Shown: positions 21,173 through 29,979, counted from the stretch's first letter. The stretch: DNA of 64,000 nucleotides from Alphaproteobacteria bacterium (GCA_965216755.1 CBDCGL010000011.1:3317536-3381535), one strand, 5' to 3'. Program-made: numbers and translations. The notes: generated from the letters alone by a model not told the origin.

Positions 21173-21886
21173 ATGACTGTCGAACCCATCCGCGTTTTTG
21201 TCGGCTACGACCCCCGCGAAGCGGTGACCTTCAGCGTCCTTGCGCACAGCATCCATCGTCATGCCAGCGTACCGGTTTCAATTACGCCGCTGATGCTGTC
21301 GCAGCTGGGCGGTGTGATGACCCGGCCGCGCGATCCCTTGCAGTCCACCGACTTCTCGTTTTCGCGCTTTCTGACGCCCTATCTGTGCGGCTTTCAGGGT
21401 TGGTCGTTGTTTACCGACTGCGACATGATCGTGTGCGACGATATCGCCAAGCTATGGGCGTTACGCGATGATCGTTATGCCGTGATGTGCGTTCAGCACG
21501 ACCACAAGCCGACCGAGTCGGTGAAGTTCTTGGGCGCGGTCCAAACCAAATATGACAAAAAGAACTGGTCCAGCGTGATGCTATTCAACAATGCCAAATG
21601 CGCCGCGTTGACGCCTGAGTATGTCAATTCGGCCAGTGGCTTGGAACTGCACCAGTTCAAGTGGCTCGACGACGACTCCTTGATCGGCGCGGTGCCGCAA
21701 GACTGGAACCACCTGGTCGACGTGAATCCCGCAAACGCCGATGCGAAGTTGGTCCACTACACGCTCGGCGGGCCGTATTTTAACGAATATATGAACTGCG
21801 AATTCGCTGCCGAATGGTTCGATGAATATAGCCAAACCGTGCGGTGCGACCAACGGGTTGCCGAAAAACCAGCCAAGACCGGCTGA
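21173..21886 (+). CDS. GT-A fold DxD glycosyltransferase (GT8-like nucleotide-diphospho-sugar transferase)
   Basis: About 237 aa from ATG 21173 (MTVEPIRVFVGYDPRE...), DxD-type motif TDCDMIVCDD. The ORF-track N-terminal extension from 21104 is unlikely. Confidence 0.55.
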   Translation: MTVEPIRVFVGYDPREAVTFSVLAHSIHRHASVPVSITPLMLSQLGGVMTRPRDPLQSTDFSFSRFLTPYLCGFQGWSLFTDCDMIVCDDIAKLWALRDDRYAVMCVQHDHKPTESVKFLGAVQTKYDKKNWSSVMLFNNAKCAALTPEYVNSASGLELHQFKWLDDDSLIGAVPQDWNHLVDVNPANADAKLVHYTLGGPYFNEYMNCEFAAEWFDEYSQTVRCDQRVAEKPAKTG

Positions 21887-21904
21887 TTCGGCCACCGCGG
21901 CGCA

Positions 21905-22843
21905 CTATTCCGTGGCGATCATGTCGCGATAGGTTTGGTCGAGCCGTTCAAATAGCTCGTCGCACATTTGTTGAATGCGTGGATCGCGTGCCGCGAACGG
22001 GCTTTTGCGCACCGATGTGGCGAAGATCGACGACAGGAATCGTGGTGACAGCTTGCAACCGATCGCTTCAAAAATGCGCGCGAAACTGGTTTCTGGTTGG
22101 GCGACCAGATCCTCGTATTTGACCAGTAACACGCGCGGATTGCTGTCCAGCGCTTGGGCGAAATAGAACTGATTGCGCAAATACCAAAACACCGCCGCGG
22201 CGTCTTCGGCGGGCATATCGTCGGCATATAATTCCGAGACGCGCGCGATCAGCGCCGGTGTCAACCGTTCCGCGCGCCAGCCGAGCTTGGGCCACGCGCC
22301 GTCGCGGATCCATCGCAGAACGTCTTTTTGATGTTCGCCCCAATAGCGCACCGCCGAATTCGCCACATCGCCGTAATGGCGAAAAATCCAGATAGCGACG
22401 GCGCGCGAATCCAGTTCCAAGATCCGATCCGCCGCTTGGGAATTCATGATCGGCTTAAACGCGATGGTCGGCGCATGGCTGTGCGCGATCAGACCCTTAA
22501 TGGTGTCCGCATCGCGCAGCAGTCCGTATTTCAAGGCCGCGTTGGTGCCTTCCGGATAAACCCAAATCTCCGGCGATTGATCCAAGATCTCGCCCAGCAT
22601 TGTGGTGCCTGATCGTTGGCAACCCAGAATGAAGACGGGTGTTTTCGGTTGGTTGGCCCGATAGCGCAGGCGTTGCCACAGATATTTGCGCGCCAATTTC
22701 AGGCGCGTGGCGGCCGCGCGCCAAGCCCGCCCCATGGTCATCGGGTCAGGTTCCGGGCCCTGAATGCGCAAATCATAGTTGCCGAATTCAGATTGCGGGC
22801 GCGTCTCGTGTCTGTCGTCCGAATCCGAGACCTTGATGTTCAT
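21905..22843 (-). CDS. PAPS-dependent sulfotransferase
   Basis: 5'-PSB motif FILGCQRSGTTMLGEIL and downstream 3'-PB-like region. ATG at 22843. Divergent from the mega-operon promoter region. Confidence 0.7.
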   Translation of the reverse strand: MNIKVSDSDDRHETRPQSEFGNYDLRIQGPEPDPMTMGRAWRAAATRLKLARKYLWQRLRYRANQPKTPVFILGCQRSGTTMLGEILDQSPEIWVYPEGTNAALKYGLLRDADTIKGLIAHSHAPTIAFKPIMNSQAADRILELDSRAVAIWIFRHYGDVANSAVRYWGEHQKDVLRWIRDGAWPKLGWRAERLTPALIARVSELYADDMPAEDAAAVFWYLRNQFYFAQALDSNPRVLLVKYEDLVAQPETSFARIFEAIGCKLSPRFLSSIFATSVRKSPFAARDPRIQQMCDELFERLDQTYRDMIATE

Positions 22844-22988
22844 GGTCGGGACGTTTTTTGGGATCCGCTGTTTGGTGCGGCGAAGGGCGAAGTTGGTCCA
22901 GAATATAGAGGCCACACCGGTGAAGACAACGCCGCTTTGCGGGCGCCGAGTCGGACGCGCGCGAGCTTTTGTTTGAAGCTTGACCTGG

Positions 22989-23027
22989 CGTTCAAATTAT
23001 GAACACCTTTCGCGTTCATAATGTGAA
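22989..23027. promoter_or_regulatory. pair of 15-bp palindromic operator-like sites, GTTCAAATTATGAAC (22989-23003) and GTTCATAATGTGAAC (23013-23027); a -35-like TTGACC lies at 22979-22984
   Basis: Read directly. Both sites have perfect GTTCA/TGAAC outer half-sites with AT-rich 5-bp centres, centres 24 bp apart. Located in the divergent promoter region between the sulfotransferase (-) and the mega-operon (+), about 75-120 bp upstream of the ops element. Confidence 0.45.
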
Positions 23028-23099
23028 CGCATTGCCGCGCCCCGGCGCGGCAGGGTTTGCCTCAGACGCTCTAACCTGGTGAAGCCTTTCACCCGGAAT

Positions 23100-23111
23100 G
23101 GCGGTAGCGTG
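23100..23111 (+). promoter_or_regulatory. exact ops (operon polarity suppressor) element GGCGGTAGCGTG, the RfaH recruitment site, 21 nt upstream of the first ATG of the mega-operon
   Basis: Perfect 12/12 match to the canonical ops sequence on the coding strand of the leader. The first gene lacks a recognisable SD, as expected if RfaH couples the ribosome. An RfaH-like gene is present at 15637-16137. Chance expectation of an exact 12-mer in 2 x 64 kb is about 0.008. Confidence 0.75.
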
Positions 23112-23132
23112 CCCCGCGGCCGTCAATTGTTC

Positions 23133-24272
23133 ATGATACCCAGCTCGCAAACAACCTATGTTCGGCAAACGCCATTGCCGGCAACGGGTGCGCCGTGGCC
23201 GCGTCGCGCGGCGACCGACTTGTGGCGGCATTTCGTCCGGCGCCTCTATCGGAGCCCGCGTTTGGCGGTGACCGAGGCCGACGTGGTGCAGGCCGCGCGG
23301 CCGCGCGATGTCGGGGCGGAAAGCATCAATATTTGCAATGCCCGGTGCACGTTTTGCGGCTATGGCAAGGGGCCTGACGGCAAGGCCGCGGACGCGCGGC
23401 GCAAGGGCAAGTTATCCGCGGACGTGTTTCGTCACACTTTGCGGCTTTACTCTGCCGCGGGCGGCGGTGTCTTCGCCCTGTCGCCGATCTTGGGTGAAGT
23501 GTCGGCGGACCCGCGCTGGCTCGACATGGTGCGCGAGGCGCGCAGCTTCGACAACATCACCGGTGTCAGCTGTTTCACCAATGCCATCCTCCTGCATCGC
23601 TTCGGCGCCGATGCCATCGTCACCGCGGGCATCACCCATATGGCGTTGTCAACCTCGCTTGGCTCGGCGGAACAGTACCGGCGGCTCTATGGGGTCGACA
23701 AATATGATCAGGTGGTGGCCAACATTCTGGACCTGTTGCGTGCCAACCAGCGCCATGGCGCGCCGGTCGATATCAGCATTCATTTGCGCATCGACAAGCC
23801 GTTTTCGAGATTCTTTCGCTCGGACATTTATGCCGAACTGCTGAAATATGTGCCGGCGTCGCGTATTCAAATCTTGGATGATGGCTGGGACGATTTCAAA
23901 GGCCTGATTGGTTCGGACGGCCTGCCCGGTGGTCAACAGTTCAAGGTTCAATATCCAGACAAATCTGTGCCGTGCTATGCGATTTATAGAAAGTTGCAGG
24001 TGCTGAAGGACGGCACGATCCAAGGCTGTTCGTGCCGGATCGAACCCGATCTGTGGGTCGGCAACATCATGGACTTTGACAGCATGGAAGCGGCGTGGCG
24101 CAACCCGGCCTTTGAAGCGCTGCGGGCAAACTGGCATGCGGGCACGATCCCAAACAGCTGCAAGAATTGTAGCCATTACGAGCCCTACACCAATTTGCTG
24201 CGCGCGGCACGACCCGTCACCGTGGCACGGGCGATTGTCGGCAAGCTCAAACGCGTGCTGGGACGGGCCTGA
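23133..24272 (+). CDS. radical SAM protein with C-terminal SPASM-like Cys cluster
   Basis: CNARCTFC (Cx3Cx2C) radical-SAM motif followed by additional Cys motifs (CSCRIEPD ... CKNCSHY). About 379 aa from ATG 23133. Function in glycan modification unknown. Confidence 0.7.
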   Translation: MIPSSQTTYVRQTPLPATGAPWPRRAATDLWRHFVRRLYRSPRLAVTEADVVQAARPRDVGAESINICNARCTFCGYGKGPDGKAADARRKGKLSADVFRHTLRLYSAAGGGVFALSPILGEVSADPRWLDMVREARSFDNITGVSCFTNAILLHRFGADAIVTAGITHMALSTSLGSAEQYRRLYGVDKYDQVVANILDLLRANQRHGAPVDISIHLRIDKPFSRFFRSDIYAELLKYVPASRIQILDDGWDDFKGLIGSDGLPGGQQFKVQYPDKSVPCYAIYRKLQVLKDGTIQGCSCRIEPDLWVGNIMDFDSMEAAWRNPAFEALRANWHAGTIPNSCKNCSHYEPYTNLLRAARPVTVARAIVGKLKRVLGRA

Positions 24273-24899
24273 ATGGCGCGCGAACCGACCGCGCGCGACG
24301 GTCGCGAACAAGCGATTGTTCGCGAAGTTCTTGAACGGATCGACGAATCGCAAGAGATCAGTCAGCGGCAATTGGCCTCGGATTTGGGGATCGCCTTGGG
24401 CATGGCCAACGCCTATATCAAGCGCTGCATTCGCAAGGGCTGGATCAAGGTCAACGAGGCGCCGGCCCGCCGCTATCGCTATTACCTGACGCCAAAAGGG
24501 TTCGCCGAAAAAAGCCGACTGACGGCGCAATACTTTTCTGATTCCCTGCGTTTTTTCGGCCGCGCCCGGCAAAGTTACGATGCCTTGTTCGCGCAATTGG
24601 TGCGGCGCGGCGCGCGCCGCGTGGTGCTGTGCGGTGCCGATGAGCTGACTGAAATCGCGGCACTGTGCGCCCTGAAACACGATGTTAAGGTGGTCGGCGT
24701 GCTGCGCGGCGATGGGCGCGATGATCCGCTTGCCGGGCTACCGGCGATCGGCGAAGCATCTGCGGGCAATGTCGACTATTGGGTGATCGCCAGCTCCAGC
24801 GACGCCGCGCCGCTCTATACGCGAATTGGCGCCGCCAAAGGGCTTGATCATGTTGCCTATCCAGAGCTGTTGCGCCGGGTGGTGGGCGCGGCGCAATGA
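24273..24899 (+). CDS. winged-helix (MarR/ArsR-like wHTH) regulator with C-terminal Rossmann-like domain
   Basis: N-terminal wHTH (REVLERIDESQEISQRQLASDLGIALGMANAYIKRCIRKGWIKV). ATG overlaps the upstream stop (TGAATG region). Confidence 0.55.
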   Translation: MAREPTARDGREQAIVREVLERIDESQEISQRQLASDLGIALGMANAYIKRCIRKGWIKVNEAPARRYRYYLTPKGFAEKSRLTAQYFSDSLRFFGRARQSYDALFAQLVRRGARRVVLCGADELTEIAALCALKHDVKVVGVLRGDGRDDPLAGLPAIGEASAGNVDYWVIASSSDAAPLYTRIGAAKGLDHVAYPELLRRVVGAAQ

Positions 24900-26029
24900 G
24901 CGTGCCATCTGCGCGGCGGCCCTTGCACATGTTTGAACCCGATTTGGGTGATGCCGAAGAGCAGGCGGTCGTGGCGGTTTTGCGGTCTGGCTGGGTTGCC
25001 ATGGGGCCCAAGGTCGAGGCCTTTGAAGAACGATTTGCTGCGTTGACCGGGTCCGGCCACGCGGTTGCAGTGGGGTCGTGTACCGCCGCCCTACATTTGA
25101 CCAATCTGGCCCTGGACATCGGACCAGGCGACGACGTGATCGTGCCGTCGCTGACCTTCGCGGCGACCGCCAACGCCGTCCACATGACCGGCGCGACCCC
25201 GGTGTTCGCCGATGTTGTCGGGCCTGACGATTGGACGATCTCCGCCGATGACGTGGCGCGAAAATTGACCGACCGGACGCGGGCGGTCATCGCCATGCAT
25301 TATGCTGGCCACGCGGCTGACATGGATCGCCTGGCGGCGGTGTGCCAAAAGGCTGATGTCGACTTGATCGAAGACGCCTGCCACGGTCTGGGTGGGCAGC
25401 TTGGTGATCGCGCGCTCGGCGCCATCGGTCGAGCCGGATGTTTTAGTTTCTATAGTAATAAATTGATCACCACCGGCGAGGGCGGCATGGTGACCACCGA
25501 TGACCAAGCGCTGGCGGAACGGATCAAACGCTTGCGTTCGCACGGCATGACCGCGACGGCGATCGATCGCGTGCGCGGTGCCATGATCTATGACGTGACC
25601 GAACCTGGCCTCAACTATCGTCTGGATGACCTGCGCGCGGCCCTGGGCCTGGCACAGTTGGATCGGATCAATGACAAATTGGCCCGTCGGCACGAATTGG
25701 TCGCCCGATACGAGTCGCGCTTGGCGGTTATGGACGGCGTCGCAACGCCCGATTGCGGCCGGCGCGGTCGCTCGGCCCACTATCTGATGCCGGTGCGGCT
25801 GACGCAAGCCGATCGTGATGCGGTGCGTCGCCGATTGCAGGCCGATGGCATTCAAACGTCGGTGCATTACCGCCCGGTCCATCAATTTGCACACTATCGT
25901 GATCAGGCCACACCTTTGCCGCTGACCGAGGACATCGGCGCCAAGACTCTCAGTTTGCCACTCTATCCAAGCATGACTTTGGACCAAGTCGACCGCGTCT
26001 GTGACGCCCTGGCCGAGGCCGCGGGATAA
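24896..26029 (+). CDS. DegT/DnrJ/EryC1/StrS family PLP-dependent sugar aminotransferase (LegC/PglE-like)
   Basis: 377 aa; aspartate-aminotransferase fold type I sugar aminotransferase pattern with conserved Lys region (FSFYSNKLITTGEGG). Confidence 0.85.
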   Translation: MSVPSARRPLHMFEPDLGDAEEQAVVAVLRSGWVAMGPKVEAFEERFAALTGSGHAVAVGSCTAALHLTNLALDIGPGDDVIVPSLTFAATANAVHMTGATPVFADVVGPDDWTISADDVARKLTDRTRAVIAMHYAGHAADMDRLAAVCQKADVDLIEDACHGLGGQLGDRALGAIGRAGCFSFYSNKLITTGEGGMVTTDDQALAERIKRLRSHGMTATAIDRVRGAMIYDVTEPGLNYRLDDLRAALGLAQLDRINDKLARRHELVARYESRLAVMDGVATPDCGRRGRSAHYLMPVRLTQADRDAVRRRLQADGIQTSVHYRPVHQFAHYRDQATPLPLTEDIGAKTLSLPLYPSMTLDQVDRVCDALAEAAG

Positions 26030-26053
26030 ATCGTCGAGGCACCCGTAAATCGC

Positions 26054-26650
26054 GTGTTGGTATTTGGCTATAGCGTCGAAGCGATGGTCCTGTTGCGCGG
26101 CTTGGGTCATCATGTGGTTGCCGTCGCCGATCCGATACCGCGAGCGGCGCACGCGCGCCCGGCGGCCGATGACGCGCTTGTTTGGCATGACGATGACGAC
26201 GCCGCGCTGGCCGCGGGCGGCTTTGATCGGGTTGCCGTGATGATCGACGATCCGACGGCGCGCGCGCGGGTGCATGGCAGGCTTGCTGCCCGTGATTTGG
26301 CACCGCTGGACGTCGTCGCCGGCATCGTCGACGCGGGCGTTGACCACGGGCCCGGGTTGTGTGTGCAACGCTTGGCCAATGTTTCGGCCGGCACAAGCTT
26401 TGGCGCCGGCGGCCGGCTCAATATCGGCGCGAATGTCATGCATGATTGCCGGATCGGTGATTTCGTCACCGTCGCCCCGGGGGCCGTTGTGCTGGGCCAT
26501 GTGACGATCGGCGCACAAAGCTATATCGGTGCCAATGCAACCATATTGCCGACGCGCACAATCGGTGACGGTTGCGTGGTCGGTGCCGGCGCGGTGGTCA
26601 CCCGTGACGTGCCCGACGGCGCCGTTGTCAAAGGCAACCCGGCGCAATGA
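26054..26650 (+). CDS. left-handed beta-helix sugar N-acetyltransferase (PglD/NeuD/LegH-like)
   Basis: 198 aa; N-terminal Rossmann-like half plus hexapeptide repeats (IGANATILPTRTIGDGCVVGAGAVV). Confidence 0.8.
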   Translation: MLVFGYSVEAMVLLRGLGHHVVAVADPIPRAAHARPAADDALVWHDDDDAALAAGGFDRVAVMIDDPTARARVHGRLAARDLAPLDVVAGIVDAGVDHGPGLCVQRLANVSAGTSFGAGGRLNIGANVMHDCRIGDFVTVAPGAVVLGHVTIGAQSYIGANATILPTRTIGDGCVVGAGAVVTRDVPDGAVVKGNPAQ

Positions 26651-27639
26651 CGCACCTGATCCAGGCGTGCGACGTTTTGTTTGTCGTCGATGCGTCGGCG
26701 GATGTTGGGTTCGGCCACGCCGCGCGGTGCTTGCACCTGGCAGATCTGGTGCGGCAGCGCCGGCCGCGCGCAGGTATCGCGTTTCAGGGGTCATTCACCG
26801 ATGCGGCGCAGGTGCGCATCGCCAGGGCCAAGATTGACATTGTCGCGACAGACCATCGCGTTAACGCGCCGATTTGTTTCGTCGATCGATTGGCCACGCC
26901 GGACAACGCGGACATTTGTGATCCGGCGCAAATTCGTGACCTGCAACAACGCTGTGGCCGGGTGGTCTACATGGCGTCTGGTGTCCGGGCACCAGAGCTT
27001 CCTGACGGCGTGATCTGTATCGGTTATCAACCAGGCGGGCCACCTGAGCGGCCGCCGTGGCTTTTGTGGGGGTGGCGCTTTGCGCCAGTGCCCGAGGGGT
27101 TTTCGCGGTTGGCTGAAACCCCGCCTGAGCACGGGTCGGTGCTGATCGCGCTCGGCGGTGGCGCGGACGCGGCCACGCTGCGCCGCGTTGTCGACGCTGT
27201 GCGCGCGACGGACCAGGCTGCAAAGATCGATATTCTGGGGTCGCCGGTATGGCGGAGCGATCTTGTGGACGCGATCGGCGCAGACCGGATTTTGTGGCAC
27301 AAAGATGTGCCCGACGTGCGCCCCTTGTTGGCGGGCGCAGCGTTGGTCGTTGCCAGCCAGGGCAACTTTGCCTATGAAGCGATGGCCGCCGCGCGACCGT
27401 TGGTAATTCTGGGGCTCAAGGCATTTCAAGCCAATATCGGGCATCGTCTGGCTGAGGCCGGCCTTGCGGTCTATGGCGGCACCGGTACGGCACAAGACAG
27501 TGCGCGTTTGGCGTCGGCGTTGGCGCGGGGTCGTGCAGACGCGGCGGCGTTGCGCGCGACCATGCGCGAGACGATTGATGATCGGGGCTTTGTGCGCATC
27601 GCCGATCAACTTCTGGAAGATCGTAGGGTGACCGTGTGA
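26647..27639 (+). CDS. PseG-like UDP-sugar hydrolase (GT28/MurG-like C-terminal domain)
   Basis: 330 aa; N-terminal VDASADVGFGHAARCLHLA (GxGHxxR-type motif of PseG-family nucleotidases), GT-B like. Confidence 0.6.
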   Translation: MTHLIQACDVLFVVDASADVGFGHAARCLHLADLVRQRRPRAGIAFQGSFTDAAQVRIARAKIDIVATDHRVNAPICFVDRLATPDNADICDPAQIRDLQQRCGRVVYMASGVRAPELPDGVICIGYQPGGPPERPPWLLWGWRFAPVPEGFSRLAETPPEHGSVLIALGGGADAATLRRVVDAVRATDQAAKIDILGSPVWRSDLVDAIGADRILWHKDVPDVRPLLAGAALVVASQGNFAYEAMAAARPLVILGLKAFQANIGHRLAEAGLAVYGGTGTAQDSARLASALARGRADAAALRATMRETIDDRGFVRIADQLLEDRRVTV

Positions 27640-28340
27640 CGGCGTCGGTGGTCGCGGTTATTCAGGCGCGCATGGGATCGAAACGATTACCTGGCAAAGT
27701 GCTGGCGCCGCTGGCTGGCGCGCCTCTGCTGCAGCACTTGGTCGCGCGGGTGCGGCGTTCCCGGCGCCTTGACGACGTGGTTGTCGCGACCAGCGATCAG
27801 GCCGCGGACGATGCCATCACCGCGCTGTGCGCGACACTTGGCGTCGCGTGTTTTCGCGGCAGTGAATGGGATGTCTTGGATCGGGTGTTGGCGGCGGCGG
27901 GCAACGCCGAGATCGTTGTGCGGTTGACGGCCGACAATCCGTTCGTTGATGGCGCCTTGATTGATTATGTGTTGGCCGCGGCGCTGCCGACCATGCCGCC
28001 GGCGGTCTATGCCAGCAATATTGCGTGCGGCGACTTCCCGGTGGGACTCTATGTGGAGGTCGCCGCCAAAGCGGCGTTGCTGGTGGCCGCTGAGAGTAGC
28101 GATCCCGCCGATCGTGAACATGTCACCTGGTATTTGCGCCGCCAACCTGAACGATTTCCGGCGACCGATGTTGGCGCGCCAGGCCGGTTTCCCGATATGC
28201 CGCTGACCATCGACACGGCGGCGGATCTCACAAGGGTCGGCGGGTTGTTCGCCGCGTTCCATGGCCGCGATCCGAACTTCAATTATCGCGATCTTATGGC
28301 CCTGGCCATACCCAAACAGGAAAGGCAAGCGGCGCCATGA
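27636..28340 (+). CDS. acylneuraminate (nonulosonate) cytidylyltransferase (PseF/LegF/SpsF family)
   Basis: VIQARMGSKRLPGKVL N-terminal CMP-transferase motif; 234 aa. Confidence 0.85.
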   Translation: MTASVVAVIQARMGSKRLPGKVLAPLAGAPLLQHLVARVRRSRRLDDVVVATSDQAADDAITALCATLGVACFRGSEWDVLDRVLAAAGNAEIVVRLTADNPFVDGALIDYVLAAALPTMPPAVYASNIACGDFPVGLYVEVAAKAALLVAAESSDPADREHVTWYLRRQPERFPATDVGAPGRFPDMPLTIDTAADLTRVGGLFAAFHGRDPNFNYRDLMALAIPKQERQAAP

Positions 28341-29344
28341 CCGATGCGCTGATGATTAGCCAAACAAAGATTGGTGACGGTGCGCCACCCTATTTGATCG
28401 CCGAAATCGGCATCAATCACGGTGGCGACGTTGGTTTGGCGGCGCGCATGATCAAAGAGGCGCGGGCTGCTGGCGCCCAGGCCGCCAAGTTGCAAGCGTT
28501 CCGCACCGCTGCTTTGGTGGCGCGCACCAGCCCCTATTTTCAGGTGCTTGACGATGCCGCGCTCAGCAAATCGGCGTTGGCGCAACTGGTGGGAGTCGCG
28601 CGCGACGCGGGCGTTGCCATGTTCGCCTCTGTCTTCGATGAAGACAGTGCAGACACCATGGCGGATCTGGATGCGCCGGCGTTCAAGATCGCGTCCGGCG
28701 ACATCAACCATTTGCCCCTGTTGCGCCATGTCGCGGCGTTCGGACGGCCAATGATCATCTCGACCGGCGGCGCGACCATGGGTGATATCGAACGCGCGCT
28801 GTCGGCCGTGTCCCAAGGCGGCGCTGCGCCCGTGGCGTTGCTGCATTGTGTGTCGCACTATCCGACTCCGGCGGCGCAAGCCAATTTGGCTTGCTTGCCG
28901 ACCATCAAGGCGCAGTTCGGTGTCCCGGTTGGCTTTTCCGATCACACAATGGGCGAAGCGGTGGCCCTGGCGGCCGCCGCGTTGGGCGCCGACATCATCG
29001 AGAAACACTTCACCTTCGATCGCGACGCGCCGGGCCCGGACCATGCCTTGTCGTCGGATCCGGCCGGTTTGACGCGCTTGGCTGAAGGGCTGCAGACGGT
29101 TTGGCAAGCGGTCGGCCACAGTCAAAAAATGCCGGTCGAGACCACAGATCACGTCACTCAAATTCGCCGCTGTGTCACGGCGGACGTGGCCATCCCGGCA
29201 GGCACCGAGGTTCGCGCCGACATGCTGGCGGTGAAACGGCCGGGCACGGGTCTCGCGCCGGACGCCCGCGACCTGGTGGTCGGCCGCCGCGCGCGCCAAG
29301 ACATCCCGGCCGAAACCGCCATCGACTGGTCTATGATCGATTGA
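28337..29344 (+). CDS. NeuB-family nonulosonic acid synthase (N-acetylneuraminate / legionaminate / pseudaminate synthase), copy 1
   Basis: YLIAEIGINHGGDVGLAARMIKEARAAGAQAAKLQAF TIM-barrel NeuB signature and C-terminal SAF/antifreeze-like domain. Confidence 0.88.
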   Translation: MTDALMISQTKIGDGAPPYLIAEIGINHGGDVGLAARMIKEARAAGAQAAKLQAFRTAALVARTSPYFQVLDDAALSKSALAQLVGVARDAGVAMFASVFDEDSADTMADLDAPAFKIASGDINHLPLLRHVAAFGRPMIISTGGATMGDIERALSAVSQGGAAPVALLHCVSHYPTPAAQANLACLPTIKAQFGVPVGFSDHTMGEAVALAAAALGADIIEKHFTFDRDAPGPDHALSSDPAGLTRLAEGLQTVWQAVGHSQKMPVETTDHVTQIRRCVTADVAIPAGTEVRADMLAVKRPGTGLAPDARDLVVGRRARQDIPAETAIDWSMID

Positions 29345-29973
29345 TGACGACGGCGGCGGTCAGTGTCGTTGATTACGGAATTGGCAATATCGGCTCGGTG
29401 GTCAACGCGTGTCGGCGTGTTGGCGCCGCGGCGGCCGTGGCCGAAACTGGTGCGGACCTTCGCGGCCAAGCGCCGGCGGCAATCGTGCTGCCTGGCGTCG
29501 GCGCGATCAAATCAGCGCTCCAGGCGTTGCGCGCACGCGGTTTCGAATCGGCCCTGCAGCATCTTGTCCGCGAAAATGGCACACCCTTTCTGGGTATTTG
29601 TGTGGGTATGCAGATCCTGGCAGAACGTTGTCATGAGTTTGGCGTGCATCAGGGTTTCGGCTGGATCGCCGGCCAGGTCGAACGGATCGTGCCACCGTCG
29701 GACAATGTACGCGTGCCGCATGTCGGTTGGAACGACGTGGCGGTGAGGGGGGCTGATCCGGTGCTTGATGGTCTCGACGGTGCCCACTTCTATTTCGTCC
29801 ACTCTTGCGCGTTGCGTTGCAATGGGTCGGTTACCACGGCGAGCGCGGACTATGGCGGCCCGTTTGCGGCGGCGGTGCGCGACGGGGTCGTACGCGGGGT
29901 CCAGTTTCATCCGGAGAAAAGTTCGGGCGCCGGCGAACAATTGCTGGCACAGTTTTTTGCGACCTGTCATTGA
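29344..29973 (+). CDS. HisH-like class-I glutamine amidotransferase (WbuY paralog of imidazole glycerol phosphate synthase)
   Basis: VVDYGIGNIGSV ... LPGVGA ... GICVGMQ (catalytic Cys) ... HVGWN ... QFHPEKS. Real start ATG 29344 (1-nt overlap with the NeuB stop); the ORF-track start at 29101 is a shadow extension. Confidence 0.85.
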   Translation: MTTAAVSVVDYGIGNIGSVVNACRRVGAAAAVAETGADLRGQAPAAIVLPGVGAIKSALQALRARGFESALQHLVRENGTPFLGICVGMQILAERCHEFGVHQGFGWIAGQVERIVPPSDNVRVPHVGWNDVAVRGADPVLDGLDGAHFYFVHSCALRCNGSVTTASADYGGPFAAAVRDGVVRGVQFHPEKSSGAGEQLLAQFFATCH

Positions 29974-29979
29974 GAACCT

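Noticed and set aside
23031-23050. GC-rich palindrome GCCGCGCCCCGGCGCGGC just upstream of ops, considered as an attenuator
   Set aside because: Stem about 7-8 bp with a very short loop and no convincing U-run. Cannot be distinguished from background GC-rich palindromes by eye.
29101-29343. N-terminal 81-codon extension of the HisH-like gene, and similar extensions for the genes at 36173, 42298, 48678, 52576, 55670, 61833
   Set aside because: The extensions lie inside the preceding gene in another frame. The in-frame ATG/GTG that overlaps the upstream stop codon gives the canonical family N-terminus in every case.
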